From assembly GCA_001766825.1 (NCBI GenBank), contig LYOR01000001.1:30945-94944 (forward strand): a stretch of DNA of 64,000 nt, read 5' to 3'. This document shows, in pieces, positions 19,674 to 29,585 of the stretch. Numbering within the stretch: position 1 is the stretch's first letter; each line of letters opens with the position of its first letter. This stretch comes from Candidatus Syntropharchaeum butanivorans (GTDB lineage: Archaea; Halobacteriota; Syntropharchaeia; Syntropharchaeales; Syntropharchaeaceae). The notes beneath the pieces were generated by a model. The model was not told the origin of the DNA, ran no database searches, and worked only from the letters and a program-made list of their open reading frames with translations. Made by a program: the position numbers and the translations under genes.

Positions 19674-19682
19674 GGTCTGCCC

Positions 19683-19703
19683 TTTTATTTTTCCTTTTTT
19701 TTT
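19683..19703 (+). terminator. oligo-T tract (archaeal intrinsic terminator candidate) after the mutase operon
   Basis: ttttatttttcctttttttttc immediately after the stop at 19673. A GGGGAGG ribosome-binding site for the next gene follows. Confidence 0.4.
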
Positions 19704-19717
19704 CAAGGGGAGGTTAC

Positions 19718-20215
19718 ATGAAGATTGGTGTGATCTCGGATACACACTTTCAGACAGGGCATGAGAGGCTACCGGAGGAGGTTGTTGAGGCGCTCTCTGA
19801 GGTTGACCTCATCATCCATTGCGGAGACTTCTGCGTTTATGGGGTGTTTGAGAATCTGAAGGGGATCGGTAAGGGGGAGGTCCTCGGGGTCTGCGGTAAC
19901 ATGGATTCTGAGGAGGTCAGAAAGGCGCTACCACAGCGAGTTGTTTTTGAGCTTGAGGGGCATCAGATAGGAGTCATACACGGAAGTGGACCACCTGATG
20001 GGATTAAAGAGCGGATAAGAGGTGCTTTCAGGGATATTGAAGGGATTGAGCTCATCATTTACGGGCACACGCACGCACCATCGAACGAGGTGGTTGAGGG
20101 TATACTCTTCTTCAATCCCGGGTCTCCCACAGATAAGATATTTGCAAAATACAACTCCTATGGCATCATCACTGTGGAAGAAGATGATATCACCGGTGAG
20201 ATCATTCAGATATGA
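19718..20215 (+). CDS. metallophosphoesterase (YfcE/MJ0936 family)
   Basis: 165 aa. GVISDTHF, HCGDF, GNMD, GHTH are the calcineurin-like phosphoesterase metal ligands. Confidence 0.75.
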   Translation: MKIGVISDTHFQTGHERLPEEVVEALSEVDLIIHCGDFCVYGVFENLKGIGKGEVLGVCGNMDSEEVRKALPQRVVFELEGHQIGVIHGSGPPDGIKERIRGAFRDIEGIELIIYGHTHAPSNEVVEGILFFNPGSPTDKIFAKYNSYGIITVEEDDITGEIIQI

Positions 20216-20633
20216 TCCTTTTTTCACCTCTGTAAAGGTTAAAATGCGCACTCCCGTAGTTTATAACCTCAACCACTTTGAAATACGCTGATAAATCCGC
20301 GATCTCACTCCCAAGTGGTTTCATGATTAGATCTGCCCCTACACTCGATGCAAGCTTTGCGATCGCTATCTGAAGCTCTTCTGGCGGCCTGATGGAATAT
20401 ATCAACCGCGCATTCCGGTAAATTTCAGGGTCAGGATGGAAGATATCGTCTTTTATGTAGTTTGGGGCACCGGGTATCGCCTCATCGATGATATCTGTCG
20501 TTGTGATCAGACACCCGGCCTCATGAAGATAACGTGCCACAGTTGTATTCCACCCAATCCCGACCTCGACCACACGCCCTGTATAATGCTTAAGTATGTA
20601 CTCGGCGATAGATCTCTCAAAGTCCCGGGTCAC
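20202..20633 (-). CDS. conserved archaeal protein (UPF0146-like)
   Basis: 143 aa. GRVVEVGIGWNTTVARYL..IYSIRPPEEL resembles the small methyltransferase-like archaeal UPF0146 family. Confidence 0.4.
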   Translation of the reverse strand: MTRDFERSIAEYILKHYTGRVVEVGIGWNTTVARYLHEAGCLITTTDIIDEAIPGAPNYIKDDIFHPDPEIYRNARLIYSIRPPEELQIAIAKLASSVGADLIMKPLGSEIADLSAYFKVVEVINYGSAHFNLYRGEKRIISE

Positions 20634-20684
20634 TGCGAACTGAATATGGTCGCCTCTGGGATAAACTTACCGGTGGATCGAAGA

Positions 20685-21158
20685 ATGATAAGGATCAGGT
20701 ACTTCCGGCCGGAGGACTTCAACCGGGTCGTTGAGATAGCAGAAGAGGCGAGATTAAACCAGGACCCCATGCTTTATCTTGAGCTCTACCAGCTCTTTCC
20801 AGATGGCTTCTTCGTTGCAGAAGATGATGGAAATGTCGTCGGATTTGTGATCGCGATAATGATGGTCGATGGCGGGGGGAGAATTTTTGCTGTTGCGGTG
20901 AAGAAAAGCCACAGAAGGAGAGGGATTGCAACCATGACGCTAAACGAGGCGTTTAAGATGTACAGGAAGAAGAAAACACCATACGTCCAGCTTGAGGTCC
21001 GTGTGGATAACTACCCTGCCCAGCGTCTCTACAGGGGCCTTGGATTTGTGGAGGTTGGTGTACTGCCCTCTTATTACTCAGATGGGACCGATGCACTGCT
21101 CATGAGGAAAGATCTTCAGGGTCCTTCTCAGCCTCACATCTCTGGTACGTTCGTATAG
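20685..21158 (+). CDS. GNAT-family N-acetyltransferase (RimI-like)
   Basis: Start moved to MIRIRYFRPED. Acetyl-CoA motif VKKSHRRRGIATMTL (Q/RxxGxG/A). The upstream part of the 20436 ORF overlaps the opposite-strand gene. Confidence 0.65.
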   Translation: MIRIRYFRPEDFNRVVEIAEEARLNQDPMLYLELYQLFPDGFFVAEDDGNVVGFVIAIMMVDGGGRIFAVAVKKSHRRRGIATMTLNEAFKMYRKKKTPYVQLEVRVDNYPAQRLYRGLGFVEVGVLPSYYSDGTDALLMRKDLQGPSQPHISGTFV

Positions 21159-21900
21159 CTCTTAAAAAGTCTATTCGTCTCAGCTCTGGCCAGAGTGGCA
21201 TGATAAAAGAGGCGGTACACTCGCTCCCACTCGCCTGCCACGGCAGGAAATTGCTTGTACGGATCTCCCCACCCGTTCTTATCATATGATCCACGTTCTT
21301 GTTCTGATAAAGGAACTCAGAAAGCGTCTCCTCTGTGATCGATTCCGGGGATAGCCCCCCTCTTTTTACCTCCTCTGCCATCTTGCGAAGCGCACAAACG
21401 ATCTCCCTCCTTCCGCTGTAAGCAAGTGCGATGTTAAGCTGCATCCCATCATAACCGGCCGTTGCCTCCTCTGCACGCTTCACCGCCTCCTGGAGCGATG
21501 TGGGCAGGAGATGTATATCTCCGATGACGCTTATCCTGACCCTGTTTTTATGGATTCGCTCATCTTTCCTCAGCTCATCGAGTTTCTTACCGATGAGCCT
21601 GAATATCTCTGCTTTTTCCCTATCATTCCGCTCAAAGTTCTCAATCGAGAAGGCATACAGTGTCAGCTGGGAGATTCCAAGCTCAAGCGACCACTCGAGA
21701 ACGTTTTCAACCACCTTAGCACCATAAAAATGACCCCTGTATGATACCTCCCCTATCTTCGAGGCATACCTCCGGTTACCATCCATTATTACAGCGATAT
21801 GTGCGGGGATCCTCGAACTCAGGACCTCTTTCTCAAGAGCCTTCTCATACCTGCCATAAACGAGCTTTTTCAGGCAATCCCCCACCTTTGGAAGCCTCAA
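21100..21900 (-). CDS. uppS: cis-prenyltransferase (undecaprenyl/di-trans,poly-cis-polyprenyl diphosphate synthase)
   Basis: 266 aa. HIAVIMDGNRRYA and FSIENFER are UPP synthase family blocks. Confidence 0.8.
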   Translation of the reverse strand: MRLPKVGDCLKKLVYGRYEKALEKEVLSSRIPAHIAVIMDGNRRYASKIGEVSYRGHFYGAKVVENVLEWSLELGISQLTLYAFSIENFERNDREKAEIFRLIGKKLDELRKDERIHKNRVRISVIGDIHLLPTSLQEAVKRAEEATAGYDGMQLNIALAYSGRREIVCALRKMAEEVKRGGLSPESITEETLSEFLYQNKNVDHMIRTGGEIRTSNFLPWQASGSECTASFIMPLWPELRRIDFLRAIRTYQRCEAEKDPEDLSS

Positions 21901-22226
21901 CCATCCTCACTCCCATAGTTCTCCATGACATATCGCACAAGTTTCCTGCACTCAGGCTTCACCCGATAGATCTTACGTCCACTGCGCGTTGAGATTGCAA
22001 GAATACCAAGCCTTGAGTTCATCGCACCAAGGGCCGCACAAACCCCCCGGTATGTTCTCCTGACCCCTTTCTTACCGAGACGCTCATAGAGCTCCTTAGT
22101 TGAGATGGACTCCTCGTCAAGGAGTATGCGCATCATAGCAAGCCTCATCCCATCTCCATCTCTCTTAAGATACTCCCTCAGCCGTTCTTCCATAAGTGCC
22201 CTTCGATCCGCCACCACCTCGCCCAT
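21897..22226 (-). CDS. small winged-helix protein, hypothetical
   Basis: 109 aa, basic, helix-turn-helix-like segment ISTKELYERLGKKGVRRTYRGV. Overlaps the uppS start by 4 nt. Confidence 0.4.
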   Translation of the reverse strand: MGEVVADRRALMEERLREYLKRDGDGMRLAMMRILLDEESISTKELYERLGKKGVRRTYRGVCAALGAMNSRLGILAISTRSGRKIYRVKPECRKLVRYVMENYGSEDG

Positions 22227-22375
22227 AGCAAAAGGGAGGTATCAAAACATGATTGATATAAACTTATCGCACGCTGTTCCCATCCGACCCGAGGATAGGG
22301 TTTGGGATTCATGGATCTCTCCCGGGGCATGAGTGGATGCGAGGCATTTAAAATAGGGGTGTATGAATATAGAGT

Positions 22376-23854
22376 TTGAGTATGAGAAATATCCTTGTTG
22401 TGACCGGGAAGATGGCATTTGAGACTGTTAAAGGGTATGTGGGTGGTCTGGCAGATGTTGTGATGGGAGACGTGGATGTAGCCGCACTTATAACTCCCAG
22501 AATCCTCAGGGACCTCCTTAAGGGTCTTGATCTCTCGAAGTATGACCTTATACTTTTACCCGGTAACGTCTCATCCGACTTTGACCAGCTTGAGGAGGAG
22601 TTCGGGGTCAGGATCAGACTTGGTCCACGCAACGCCCACGATCTACCCCATATCCTGAAAAAGATTGATGAGATTGAGCTCTCAAAGAGAAAACCTGCAT
22701 GTAGTTTCCTTGAGCCAGATCATGAGCAGATTCAGCGAGAGCTTCTTGAGCTTGAAGAGAGGAGTGTACCTGCATTCACAATTGACAGGGTCAAGATAGG
22801 GGGAAGTTCATCGATGAAGGTGATGGCTGAGGTCGTTGATGCGACAGGGCTCGATGATGATAAGCTGCGAGAACGGGTCAGATACTTCGCCCATGAGGGG
22901 GCAGATATCATCGATCTTGGTGTTGGGCTTGATGCAACGAGAGATGATGTGGCCCGTGCCGTCAGGGTTGCAGCATCAGCAACAGATCTCCCTCTAAGCA
23001 TCGACACGATGGACCCTGAGCTTATAAGAGCAGGGGTCGATGCAGGTGCAAGACTTGTCCTGAGTCTTGATAGCGATAACATCGGGGAAGTAGGGGGTTA
23101 TCTTGCAAATAAAGATGTTTCTGTGGTTGTTTTAAGTAGAAACGGAACTGATGAGCTTCTTGAGACAATTAAAACGGCAAAATCAGTTGGAATTAAAAAA
23201 ATAATCGCAGACCCTGTCCTTGCACCTTTGGGGCATGGTACCGTGAGATCGATCTGTGAGTGCTGGAAATTCAGAGCGTATGATCCAAGTACCCCGCTAT
23301 TTTTCGGCGTCGGTAATGTCACAGAGCTTCTTGATGCAGATTCAATCGGGGTAAACGCACTTCTTGCAGGGATCGGGATGGAACTCGGTGTCAGCATCCT
23401 GTTTACACCCGAGGCAAGCAGAAAGACTGCAGGAAGTGTAAGAGAGCTTGTAAAAGCATCGAGGATGATGAGACTCGCATCAAAAAGGCAGACCTCCCCC
23501 AAAGACCTTGGGATTGATCTTTTTGTGGCAAAAGAGAAGCGAATGCGGGAAGGAATCCCTGTCAGTGATAAAGCTCCGGTTAAAGTCATCACAGAGGAAG
23601 CCAAATGGGGGTCTGACCCCCTGGGGTACTTCAGGATAGGTTTAAAGGATGGGATGATCTATGTCGAACACAATACGCCCGATGGCAGGGTTGATGTCTT
23701 GGCAGGAAAAAGCGCAAAGGAGATTGTATCATACCTTGTGAAAGACGGGCGGATCTCGATGATTGATCATGGTGCGTATCTTGGTGTTGAGCTTGCAAAG
23801 GCAGAGCTTGCGTTGAGGTTTAAGAGGAGCTATGTTCAGGATGAGGAGATCTGA
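22376..23854 (+). CDS. pterin-binding (dihydropteroate-synthase-like) domain protein with extra N-terminal domain, methanopterin-pathway type
   Basis: 492 aa. Central DIIDLGVGLDATRDD..LSIDTMDPE matches the DHPS/pterin-binding TIM barrel (IIDxG..SIDT). Architecture resembles the methanogen MJ0107-type proteins. Confidence 0.55.
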   Translation: MSMRNILVVTGKMAFETVKGYVGGLADVVMGDVDVAALITPRILRDLLKGLDLSKYDLILLPGNVSSDFDQLEEEFGVRIRLGPRNAHDLPHILKKIDEIELSKRKPACSFLEPDHEQIQRELLELEERSVPAFTIDRVKIGGSSSMKVMAEVVDATGLDDDKLRERVRYFAHEGADIIDLGVGLDATRDDVARAVRVAASATDLPLSIDTMDPELIRAGVDAGARLVLSLDSDNIGEVGGYLANKDVSVVVLSRNGTDELLETIKTAKSVGIKKIIADPVLAPLGHGTVRSICECWKFRAYDPSTPLFFGVGNVTELLDADSIGVNALLAGIGMELGVSILFTPEASRKTAGSVRELVKASRMMRLASKRQTSPKDLGIDLFVAKEKRMREGIPVSDKAPVKVITEEAKWGSDPLGYFRIGLKDGMIYVEHNTPDGRVDVLAGKSAKEIVSYLVKDGRISMIDHGAYLGVELAKAELALRFKRSYVQDEEI

Positions 23855-24617
23855 GAGAACAAGGGTGATGATACTCCTTGAGGATCACAACATCCGTCCA
23901 AGCCCGAGAAAAAGCCAGCATTTCCTCGTTGATGAGGGTATCTTAGACCGGATTGTGGAGTACGGGGATGTTGGGCTCAATGATCGGGTGCTTGAGATAG
24001 GAGCAGGGGTTGGAAGCCTCACATCACGCCTCCTCAAGCGATCTGAGCATGTATATGCGATTGAGGTGGACTCCAGGTTATCAGAAATACTTAAAGAGAG
24101 ATGCGCTCAGGCAAATGTTATAAATGCCGATGCGCTGAAGATCGATCTCCCGGAGTTTGACAAAGTCATATCAAACCTCCCCTATTCAATTTCATCAAGA
24201 ATAACACTTAAAATATTAAAATCAGGTTTTAAAATGGGTATCCTGATGTACCAGGCAGAGTTTGTGAGAAGGATCACAGCGCCCCCGGGGACAAAAGAGT
24301 ATGGTAGGCTTTCAGTCTTCACGCAGGCACTTGCAGACGTGGAGATACTTGAGTCAGTATCACGGGATGCATTCTATCCAAGACCGGATGTCCACTCAGT
24401 ACTCATCAGGCTCAGGCCGAAGGAGGACGTGGTGGAGAATAAAGATCTCTTTCTCGAGTTTATCACGGGATTATTCTCAAACCGTAGAAAGCGCCTGTCA
24501 AAGGTGCTTGGCTCGATGGGGTACGATGTGAAAGATCTGGATGACGAAATCCTTGACCTCAGGCCGGATGAGCTTGATGTATCCAGGATCATCGAGCTTT
24601 ACAGGTCACTCATCTGA
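23832..24617 (+). CDS. rsmA: 16S rRNA (adenine1518/1519-N6) dimethyltransferase
   Basis: QHFLVD, LEIGAGVGSLT, NLPYSISS are the KsgA/Dim1 signatures. The true start may be an internal Met (MILLED). Confidence 0.8.
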   Translation: MFRMRRSERTRVMILLEDHNIRPSPRKSQHFLVDEGILDRIVEYGDVGLNDRVLEIGAGVGSLTSRLLKRSEHVYAIEVDSRLSEILKERCAQANVINADALKIDLPEFDKVISNLPYSISSRITLKILKSGFKMGILMYQAEFVRRITAPPGTKEYGRLSVFTQALADVEILESVSRDAFYPRPDVHSVLIRLRPKEDVVENKDLFLEFITGLFSNRRKRLSKVLGSMGYDVKDLDDEILDLRPDELDVSRIIELYRSLI

Positions 24618-25503
24618 ATGCAGCACTCTCTCGTATTCCTTCAGATCTTATCACGCTCAGGAGCATCTTGAAATGGGGGTTTCTGCTTATATCCACCCTG
24701 AACGCATCAAGCACCATCCCGGCAAACTCATCGTACCGCTTCTTCATCTCCCCCTCAAGCTCGATGTGGTGGAAGCTGAGATAACCATCGAGAAAGAGAG
24801 AGGAGTCCCCGATGAGCATCGCAAGATCATCCTCCTTATCCTCAGGTTTCCTGAAGTGCTTGAACTTCTCAAAGTCGATGAGATGCCATTTATCACCCTT
24901 CAGGAGTAAATGCTCTCCCTTGAGGTCGTTGTGCTTAATACCCTTCGACCATACGAGTGTGAGAAGCTCAACGAGGTTGTAAAGGTCAAGCCGCCTGATC
25001 TTGCCCAGTACCCAGTCCAGAAGGTACTCCTCGAAGTTGATCTCATGCTCGATGTACTCCATCCAGAAGTAGCCGTACACATCCCTGAAGTCCTTCTCAA
25101 GCCGTTTATCATAGAGGAAATAGTAAGGGGTTGGCATGTAGGGGATCTTGTAAAATTTGTAGTAGAGCGCCCAGAACTCCTTGTCACCGTCATGCTTTGT
25201 CATATGCTTCGCGATGACGTACATCTTCCTCCCTTCAAGGGTGTATATTACCCGAAAGATCCTGTGTGTCGCCCATATCCCGAATTTTGGTGGATAAAAA
25301 CCTTCTAAAGCTATAACTTTCTTTTCACCACTTTTCCCGGGGCAAATTCCAACAACACCATTCAATATCCTCTCAAGCTCGTTGATATCGAGAATATTGA
25401 TGGGAAGGGCCCCACTCGGTAACATCCGCTGCTGATCTGCGCCTGAGAGTCTTCTGAACTCCTCTGCAATACCTACCTTCGAGCTTATCTTAACCCAGGG
25501 CAT
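24610..25503 (-). CDS. atypical protein-kinase-like fold protein (Kdo/RIO-like)
   Basis: 297 aa. KHNDLKGEHLLL (catalytic loop HxDLxxxN-like) followed by HLIDFEKF (DFG-like). Confidence 0.45.
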   Translation of the reverse strand: MPWVKISSKVGIAEEFRRLSGADQQRMLPSGALPINILDINELERILNGVVGICPGKSGEKKVIALEGFYPPKFGIWATHRIFRVIYTLEGRKMYVIAKHMTKHDGDKEFWALYYKFYKIPYMPTPYYFLYDKRLEKDFRDVYGYFWMEYIEHEINFEEYLLDWVLGKIRRLDLYNLVELLTLVWSKGIKHNDLKGEHLLLKGDKWHLIDFEKFKHFRKPEDKEDDLAMLIGDSSLFLDGYLSFHHIELEGEMKKRYDEFAGMVLDAFRVDISRNPHFKMLLSVIRSEGIRESAAFR

Positions 25504-25533
25504 AACTCATCGATAAAATCTCATCATCCTTCT

Positions 25534-26046
25534 TTACTCCTTCTCACCATCAGAGGGTCTTCGTTCCTCCTTCCATCTCTTCCATTCACCCGCAATTTCT
25601 TTTATCTCTCTGATCTCACTCCTTTCTTCCGGGGCCTCCTCCTCCAGAAGCTCCTCTGTTTCAACTGGAGAAGGGGGTATTTCGGCGGCAACATCGGGAT
25701 CAGACTCATCTTTATGGTTTAAAGTACTTTCTGGAGCCGTAACAGCCTCCTCCTCACACACCTCTCCTAAATACCAGCTTATGAACTCTGTGTATGCCAC
25801 AACAGAGAGGAAGCCGACCCATATCGCGAGGAGGATATGGATGTTCTGGATCGAGATGGCGCCGTTCATCATTGAGACGAGTTCATATGAGAGGAGTTCA
25901 CCCATCCAGCCAGGGGCAACGAAGGCTCCAATGAGTGGAAGGAGTATCATAATAGCTGTACCAATCACTGTTGAGACGTAGGTTATCACAAGCCCCACAA
26001 GAACGGTGTATATGAGAATAAGCAGTATTGATACGAGAACCCCCAT
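25534..26046 (-). CDS. small membrane protein with acidic C-terminal tail, hypothetical
   Basis: 170 aa. Three or four hydrophobic helices, then a glutamate-rich tail (e.g. ELLEEEAPEERSEIREIKEI). Confidence 0.4.
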   Translation of the reverse strand: MGVLVSILLILIYTVLVGLVITYVSTVIGTAIMILLPLIGAFVAPGWMGELLSYELVSMMNGAISIQNIHILLAIWVGFLSVVAYTEFISWYLGEVCEEEAVTAPESTLNHKDESDPDVAAEIPPSPVETEELLEEEAPEERSEIREIKEIAGEWKRWKEERRPSDGEKE

Positions 26047-26049
26047 ATC

Positions 26050-27249
26050 TCAGGCACCTCCTCGCCTTATCAAAAGAGCGATCACACCCACAACCCCACC
26101 GATTACACCTCCAAGAATCAGGAATGCCTTGAGCAGGAATATACCCAGGGCTTTTCCTGTCAGGTTGCCTGCTGTATCAGAAGATGTATCTGATGTCTCA
26201 TTCTCTACCATCTCCCCCCGGTCAAACATCTCAGGCGGTGCTGGTTCGGCAGGTACGACCACTGGTGGGGGTGCTATCTCTTTCAGTCTGATCGTGAGAG
26301 GTCTCTCGATTGTGAAGCTTGAGGAAGTGGTTGAACCATTGAGGTTTGCCTCTGCCGTGTAGTTAAAAAACCCGGGGAAGCTCGATCCAGGGGTAAATCT
26401 TGCTGCAAGCAGGTTGAACCTCGCATTTCCGTTCTGATCTGTCATTGCGGATTTGACAGGGTTTCTCTCATCATCGAGTATCACAACCTCTGCCCCTGCT
26501 GCAGGCTCACCACTTAACGTTGTAACAGCGACGGTGAGGGTATTATAGATCTGGATGGATGTGTTACCATTTATGGTGAGGTTTGACCAGTTAAGGTATG
26601 AATCTGTGATCTTGATCAGTGTTCCAGTCCCAAGAAAGGGGCTCTTGATTGTGAGATCTCCGGTGAGGTTTGAGCGTGTAATGTTTATGTACTCTGCACC
26701 CTCCAGCCCAATAGATGATGCGTTAATCTCACCCCCATCCAGCCTCATGAAGACAGAGGAGAGGTTTATACACTCTCCGCTTATGGTTGAGCTGTACAGC
26801 TCTGCGATTCTTCCTTCAAATGTAAAGTTCGTGGATTGAACGAGTGAAGAGAGAAGGTGCATCCTTGTAGCCTGAAGTGAGATGATATCCGCGGTGAGAC
26901 TGGAGTTTTCAAGCTCAATACCCCGGATCATCTCCCCTTTCACCCCTGAGGTATTTATTGTGGATGAGTATGCGGCAAGGGTGGAGTTTTCACCCATATT
27001 GATCTCGGTACTCTCACCCTTCCACCGCCTTATACTCGCATTCTTCAATATGAGTACCCCATCCGGTTCAACTGTTACGTTGTGCCTCACAAAGATATCC
27101 TCACCCTCTATTACCATTGATTCCCCCTTCTCAACCACAAGCGAGTTCACACCCCTTGCAGCAGCAGGGGTAATCGAGTTTATGAAGAGAATTAGCAATA
27201 ATATGAATACTAAAGATGAAATATTAGATATTTTTCCACCAAACATCAT
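26050..27249 (-). CDS. secreted/cell-surface protein with beta-helix-like repeats, carboxypeptidase-regulatory-like domain and C-terminal TM anchor; heavily N-glycosylation-sequon-rich
   Basis: 399 aa. N-terminal signal sequence and many N-x-S/T sequons. GEPAAGAEVVILDDERNPVKSAMTDQNGNARF is a CarbopepD_reg-like block. C-terminal helix plus RRGGA. Confidence 0.5.
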   Translation of the reverse strand: MMFGGKISNISSLVFILLLILFINSITPAAARGVNSLVVEKGESMVIEGEDIFVRHNVTVEPDGVLILKNASIRRWKGESTEINMGENSTLAAYSSTINTSGVKGEMIRGIELENSSLTADIISLQATRMHLLSSLVQSTNFTFEGRIAELYSSTISGECINLSSVFMRLDGGEINASSIGLEGAEYINITRSNLTGDLTIKSPFLGTGTLIKITDSYLNWSNLTINGNTSIQIYNTLTVAVTTLSGEPAAGAEVVILDDERNPVKSAMTDQNGNARFNLLAARFTPGSSFPGFFNYTAEANLNGSTTSSSFTIERPLTIRLKEIAPPPVVVPAEPAPPEMFDRGEMVENETSDTSSDTAGNLTGKALGIFLLKAFLILGGVIGGVVGVIALLIRRGGA

Positions 27250-27419
27250 AAATTATTATTGTATCAAGATCTACTTTAACCTTTTTGCTGCTCTGATGGG
27301 ATCTTCCCCTGTGTGATCCGGGGTTTTCAGCGTGATCCTGCAGAAGAGTTGCCCACTCACCAGACCGTGGTTCACCCAACCCTTATAAGCTTCGAAGATA
27401 AAGCTAAAGGGGGATATCG

Positions 27420-28670
27420 ATGAGAGATGCTATTATCAGGGATGTGGAGCTTGCAGATGAGGGAGATGATCGTATTGAGTGGGCGAGGCGGCACATGCCG
27501 GTGCTCGGGCTTATAAAGGAGCGGTTTGAGAGAGAAAAACCGCTTGAGGGCGTCAGGATCGCTGCATGCCTGCATGTGACGGTTGAGACCGCGAACCTTA
27601 TAAGAACGCTTAAGGCTGGAGGGGCAGAGATCGCACTCGCGGGATCAAATCCCCTGAGCACACAGGACGAAGTTGCAGCAGCACTTGCCAGAGATGGTAT
27701 CTGGGTTTATGCGTTTCGCGGTAATGAGAAGGAGTACTATGAGTGCCTTGAGGCAGCACTTGAGATCAAGCCGGATGTGGTACTTGATGATGGTGCTGAT
27801 ACGATCGCACGCATCCATGAGCATCATCCGGATCTTATAGGTTCTGTTCGCGGGGCATGCGAGGAGACGACAACCGGGGTCATCCGTCTGAGAGCACTTG
27901 AAAGGTCTGGAAAGCTTGGTTTTCCTGTAATTGCCGTGAATGACGCTGAGACGAAGATGATGTTCGATAATCGCTATGGTACAGGACAGTCGACACTTCA
28001 CGGAATCATGAACGCAACCAACCTCCTGTTTGCAGGTAGAAAGGTCGTTGTCGTGGGTTTCGGGTGGTGCGGCAGGGGGGTTGCGATGCGTGCAAAGGGG
28101 CTTGGTGCGAGTGTGATCGTGGTTGAGGTGAACCCGAGAAAGGCGCTTGAGGCCGCGATGGAGGGGTACCAGGTGATGTCGATGCGTGAGGCTGCGAAGA
28201 TCGGGGAGATATTCATCACGGTGACCGGGGATAAATCGGTGATAAGGGGTGAGCACATCCAGCTCATGCAGGATCAGGCCGTTCTTGCAAACTCAGGCCA
28301 CTTCAATGTCGAGATTGCGATTGAGGATCTTGAGGCGCTTGCCACCTCAAAGAAACGGATAAAAGATGGGGTTGATGAGTACCTGATGCCCGATGGAAGG
28401 AGAATCTATCTTCTCGGGGAGGGGAGACTGATCAACCTGGCCGCGGCGTATGGACATCCCCCGGATGTGATGGATATGAGCTTCTCAAACCAGGCACTCG
28501 CTGTTGAGTACATCCTGAAGGCAGAGGGGCTTGAGAGGAAGGTTCATCGCGTCCCGCTTGAGATTGATGAGCGTGTCGCGGAGCTCAAGCTAAAAGCGAT
28601 GGGGATTGAGATCGAGGAGCTCACCGAGGAGCAGAAGGAGTACCTCTCATCGTGGGAGCTCGGAACGTGA
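27420..28670 (+). CDS. ahcY: adenosylhomocysteinase
   Basis: 416 aa. Rossmann NAD site [12 protein letters not shown] and SAH-hydrolase N-domain blocks. Confidence 0.85.
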   Translation: MRDAIIRDVELADEGDDRIEWARRHMPVLGLIKERFEREKPLEGVRIAACLHVTVETANLIRTLKAGGAEIALAGSNPLSTQDEVAAALARDGIWVYAFRGNEKEYYECLEAALEIKPDVVLDDGADTIARIHEHHPDLIGSVRGACEETTTGVIRLRALERSGKLGFPVIAVNDAETKMMFDNRYGTGQSTLHGIMNATNLLFAGRKVVVVGFGWCGRGVAMRAKGLGASVIVVEVNPRKALEAAMEGYQVMSMREAAKIGEIFITVTGDKSVIRGEHIQLMQDQAVLANSGHFNVEIAIEDLEALATSKKRIKDGVDEYLMPDGRRIYLLGEGRLINLAAAYGHPPDVMDMSFSNQALAVEYILKAEGLERKVHRVPLEIDERVAELKLKAMGIEIEELTEEQKEYLSSWELGT

Positions 28671-28681
28671 GAGAATACCCT

Positions 28682-29446
28682 TCAGACCCCGAGTATCATC
28701 CTTGTTGTGTTCCTTATAGCAGGCCCGAGTCCGATAACAATCAGTGTGAGTATGAGGATCCCTCTGAGGTCCCTCTCAGCCTCCTCAGATAGTTCCCGCT
28801 CAAGCAGATAAAGAAGCGGCAGCAGGATGATGAGCTTGAGTGGGATCATCGGGAGAGCCGTATGCGTGTGTTCAACTATGAAACGCTCAAGAACGTGCTT
28901 TCCCTGATAAGAGAGAAGATCGACCCCGATGAACGTGCTTGATGCATCAAGTATGTGGGCGGTGAGGATCGCCATATTCTCCCACGTGGGCTTGATGATG
29001 CGGTCTGAAGCTCGAAGGATAAGGTACAGCGGGGCAATCGTTGAGAGGGTGATTATGAGAAGGCAAGGTAGCACCCAGGGGTTCAGAATACCTCCAGAGT
29101 GGATCAGGATCCAGAGGTTCAGGATGGTCCAGAGCGTGCCAGCTGAACCAAGCGGCAGGTGATATCCAGCATCAGGCATGAATCTGGCAAGCCTGATTGA
29201 TACAAGTAGAATCATGAGAACAGCGAAGAACATGAGAAAGTAGATCAACGGGGTTATGAGAAGGTAGGAGAGAGGAGGGGATACCAGGTTCGCGTCCTCT
29301 ATCACCCTGAGGGTTGATCCAACAAAGATATAAGGGATGAGTGAGAAGATGAATCTGGCGTCTATCCGTATATCAAGGGCTTTGAGCAGTTTAATGATGC
29401 CGAATATGCAGATTCCAAGCAGGATAGCCCATGTCAGTGTATTCAC
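28682..29446 (-). CDS. polytopic membrane protein (archaeal DUF63-like), hypothetical
   Basis: 254 aa, about seven predicted TM helices. Confidence 0.4.
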   Translation of the reverse strand: MNTLTWAILLGICIFGIIKLLKALDIRIDARFIFSLIPYIFVGSTLRVIEDANLVSPPLSYLLITPLIYFLMFFAVLMILLVSIRLARFMPDAGYHLPLGSAGTLWTILNLWILIHSGGILNPWVLPCLLIITLSTIAPLYLILRASDRIIKPTWENMAILTAHILDASSTFIGVDLLSYQGKHVLERFIVEHTHTALPMIPLKLIILLPLLYLLERELSEEAERDLRGILILTLIVIGLGPAIRNTTRMILGV

Positions 29447-29585
29447 AGGGTTGTATCCTGTATCATAGATGATCGGTTCGATGTAATACCTGAGTATGAG
29501 ATCCTTTACCGGCAGAAAACCACCTGAAAATCATCTGAAGGCGGGGTATATAAGCTTGTTGAGTGAGAGTCGCGCTCCAAAGTGG

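Noticed and set aside
20436-20684. N-terminal 83 codons of ORF 20436..21158
   Set aside because: This part overlaps the UPF0146-like gene on the opposite strand. The acetyltransferase domain begins at Met-84 (MIRIRY), so the start was moved to 20685.
26050-27249. PGF-CTERM signal on the 399-aa surface protein
   Set aside because: It has a C-terminal TM helix and basic tail but no PGF tripeptide. Only the 43603..44844 protein carries a true PGF-CTERM.
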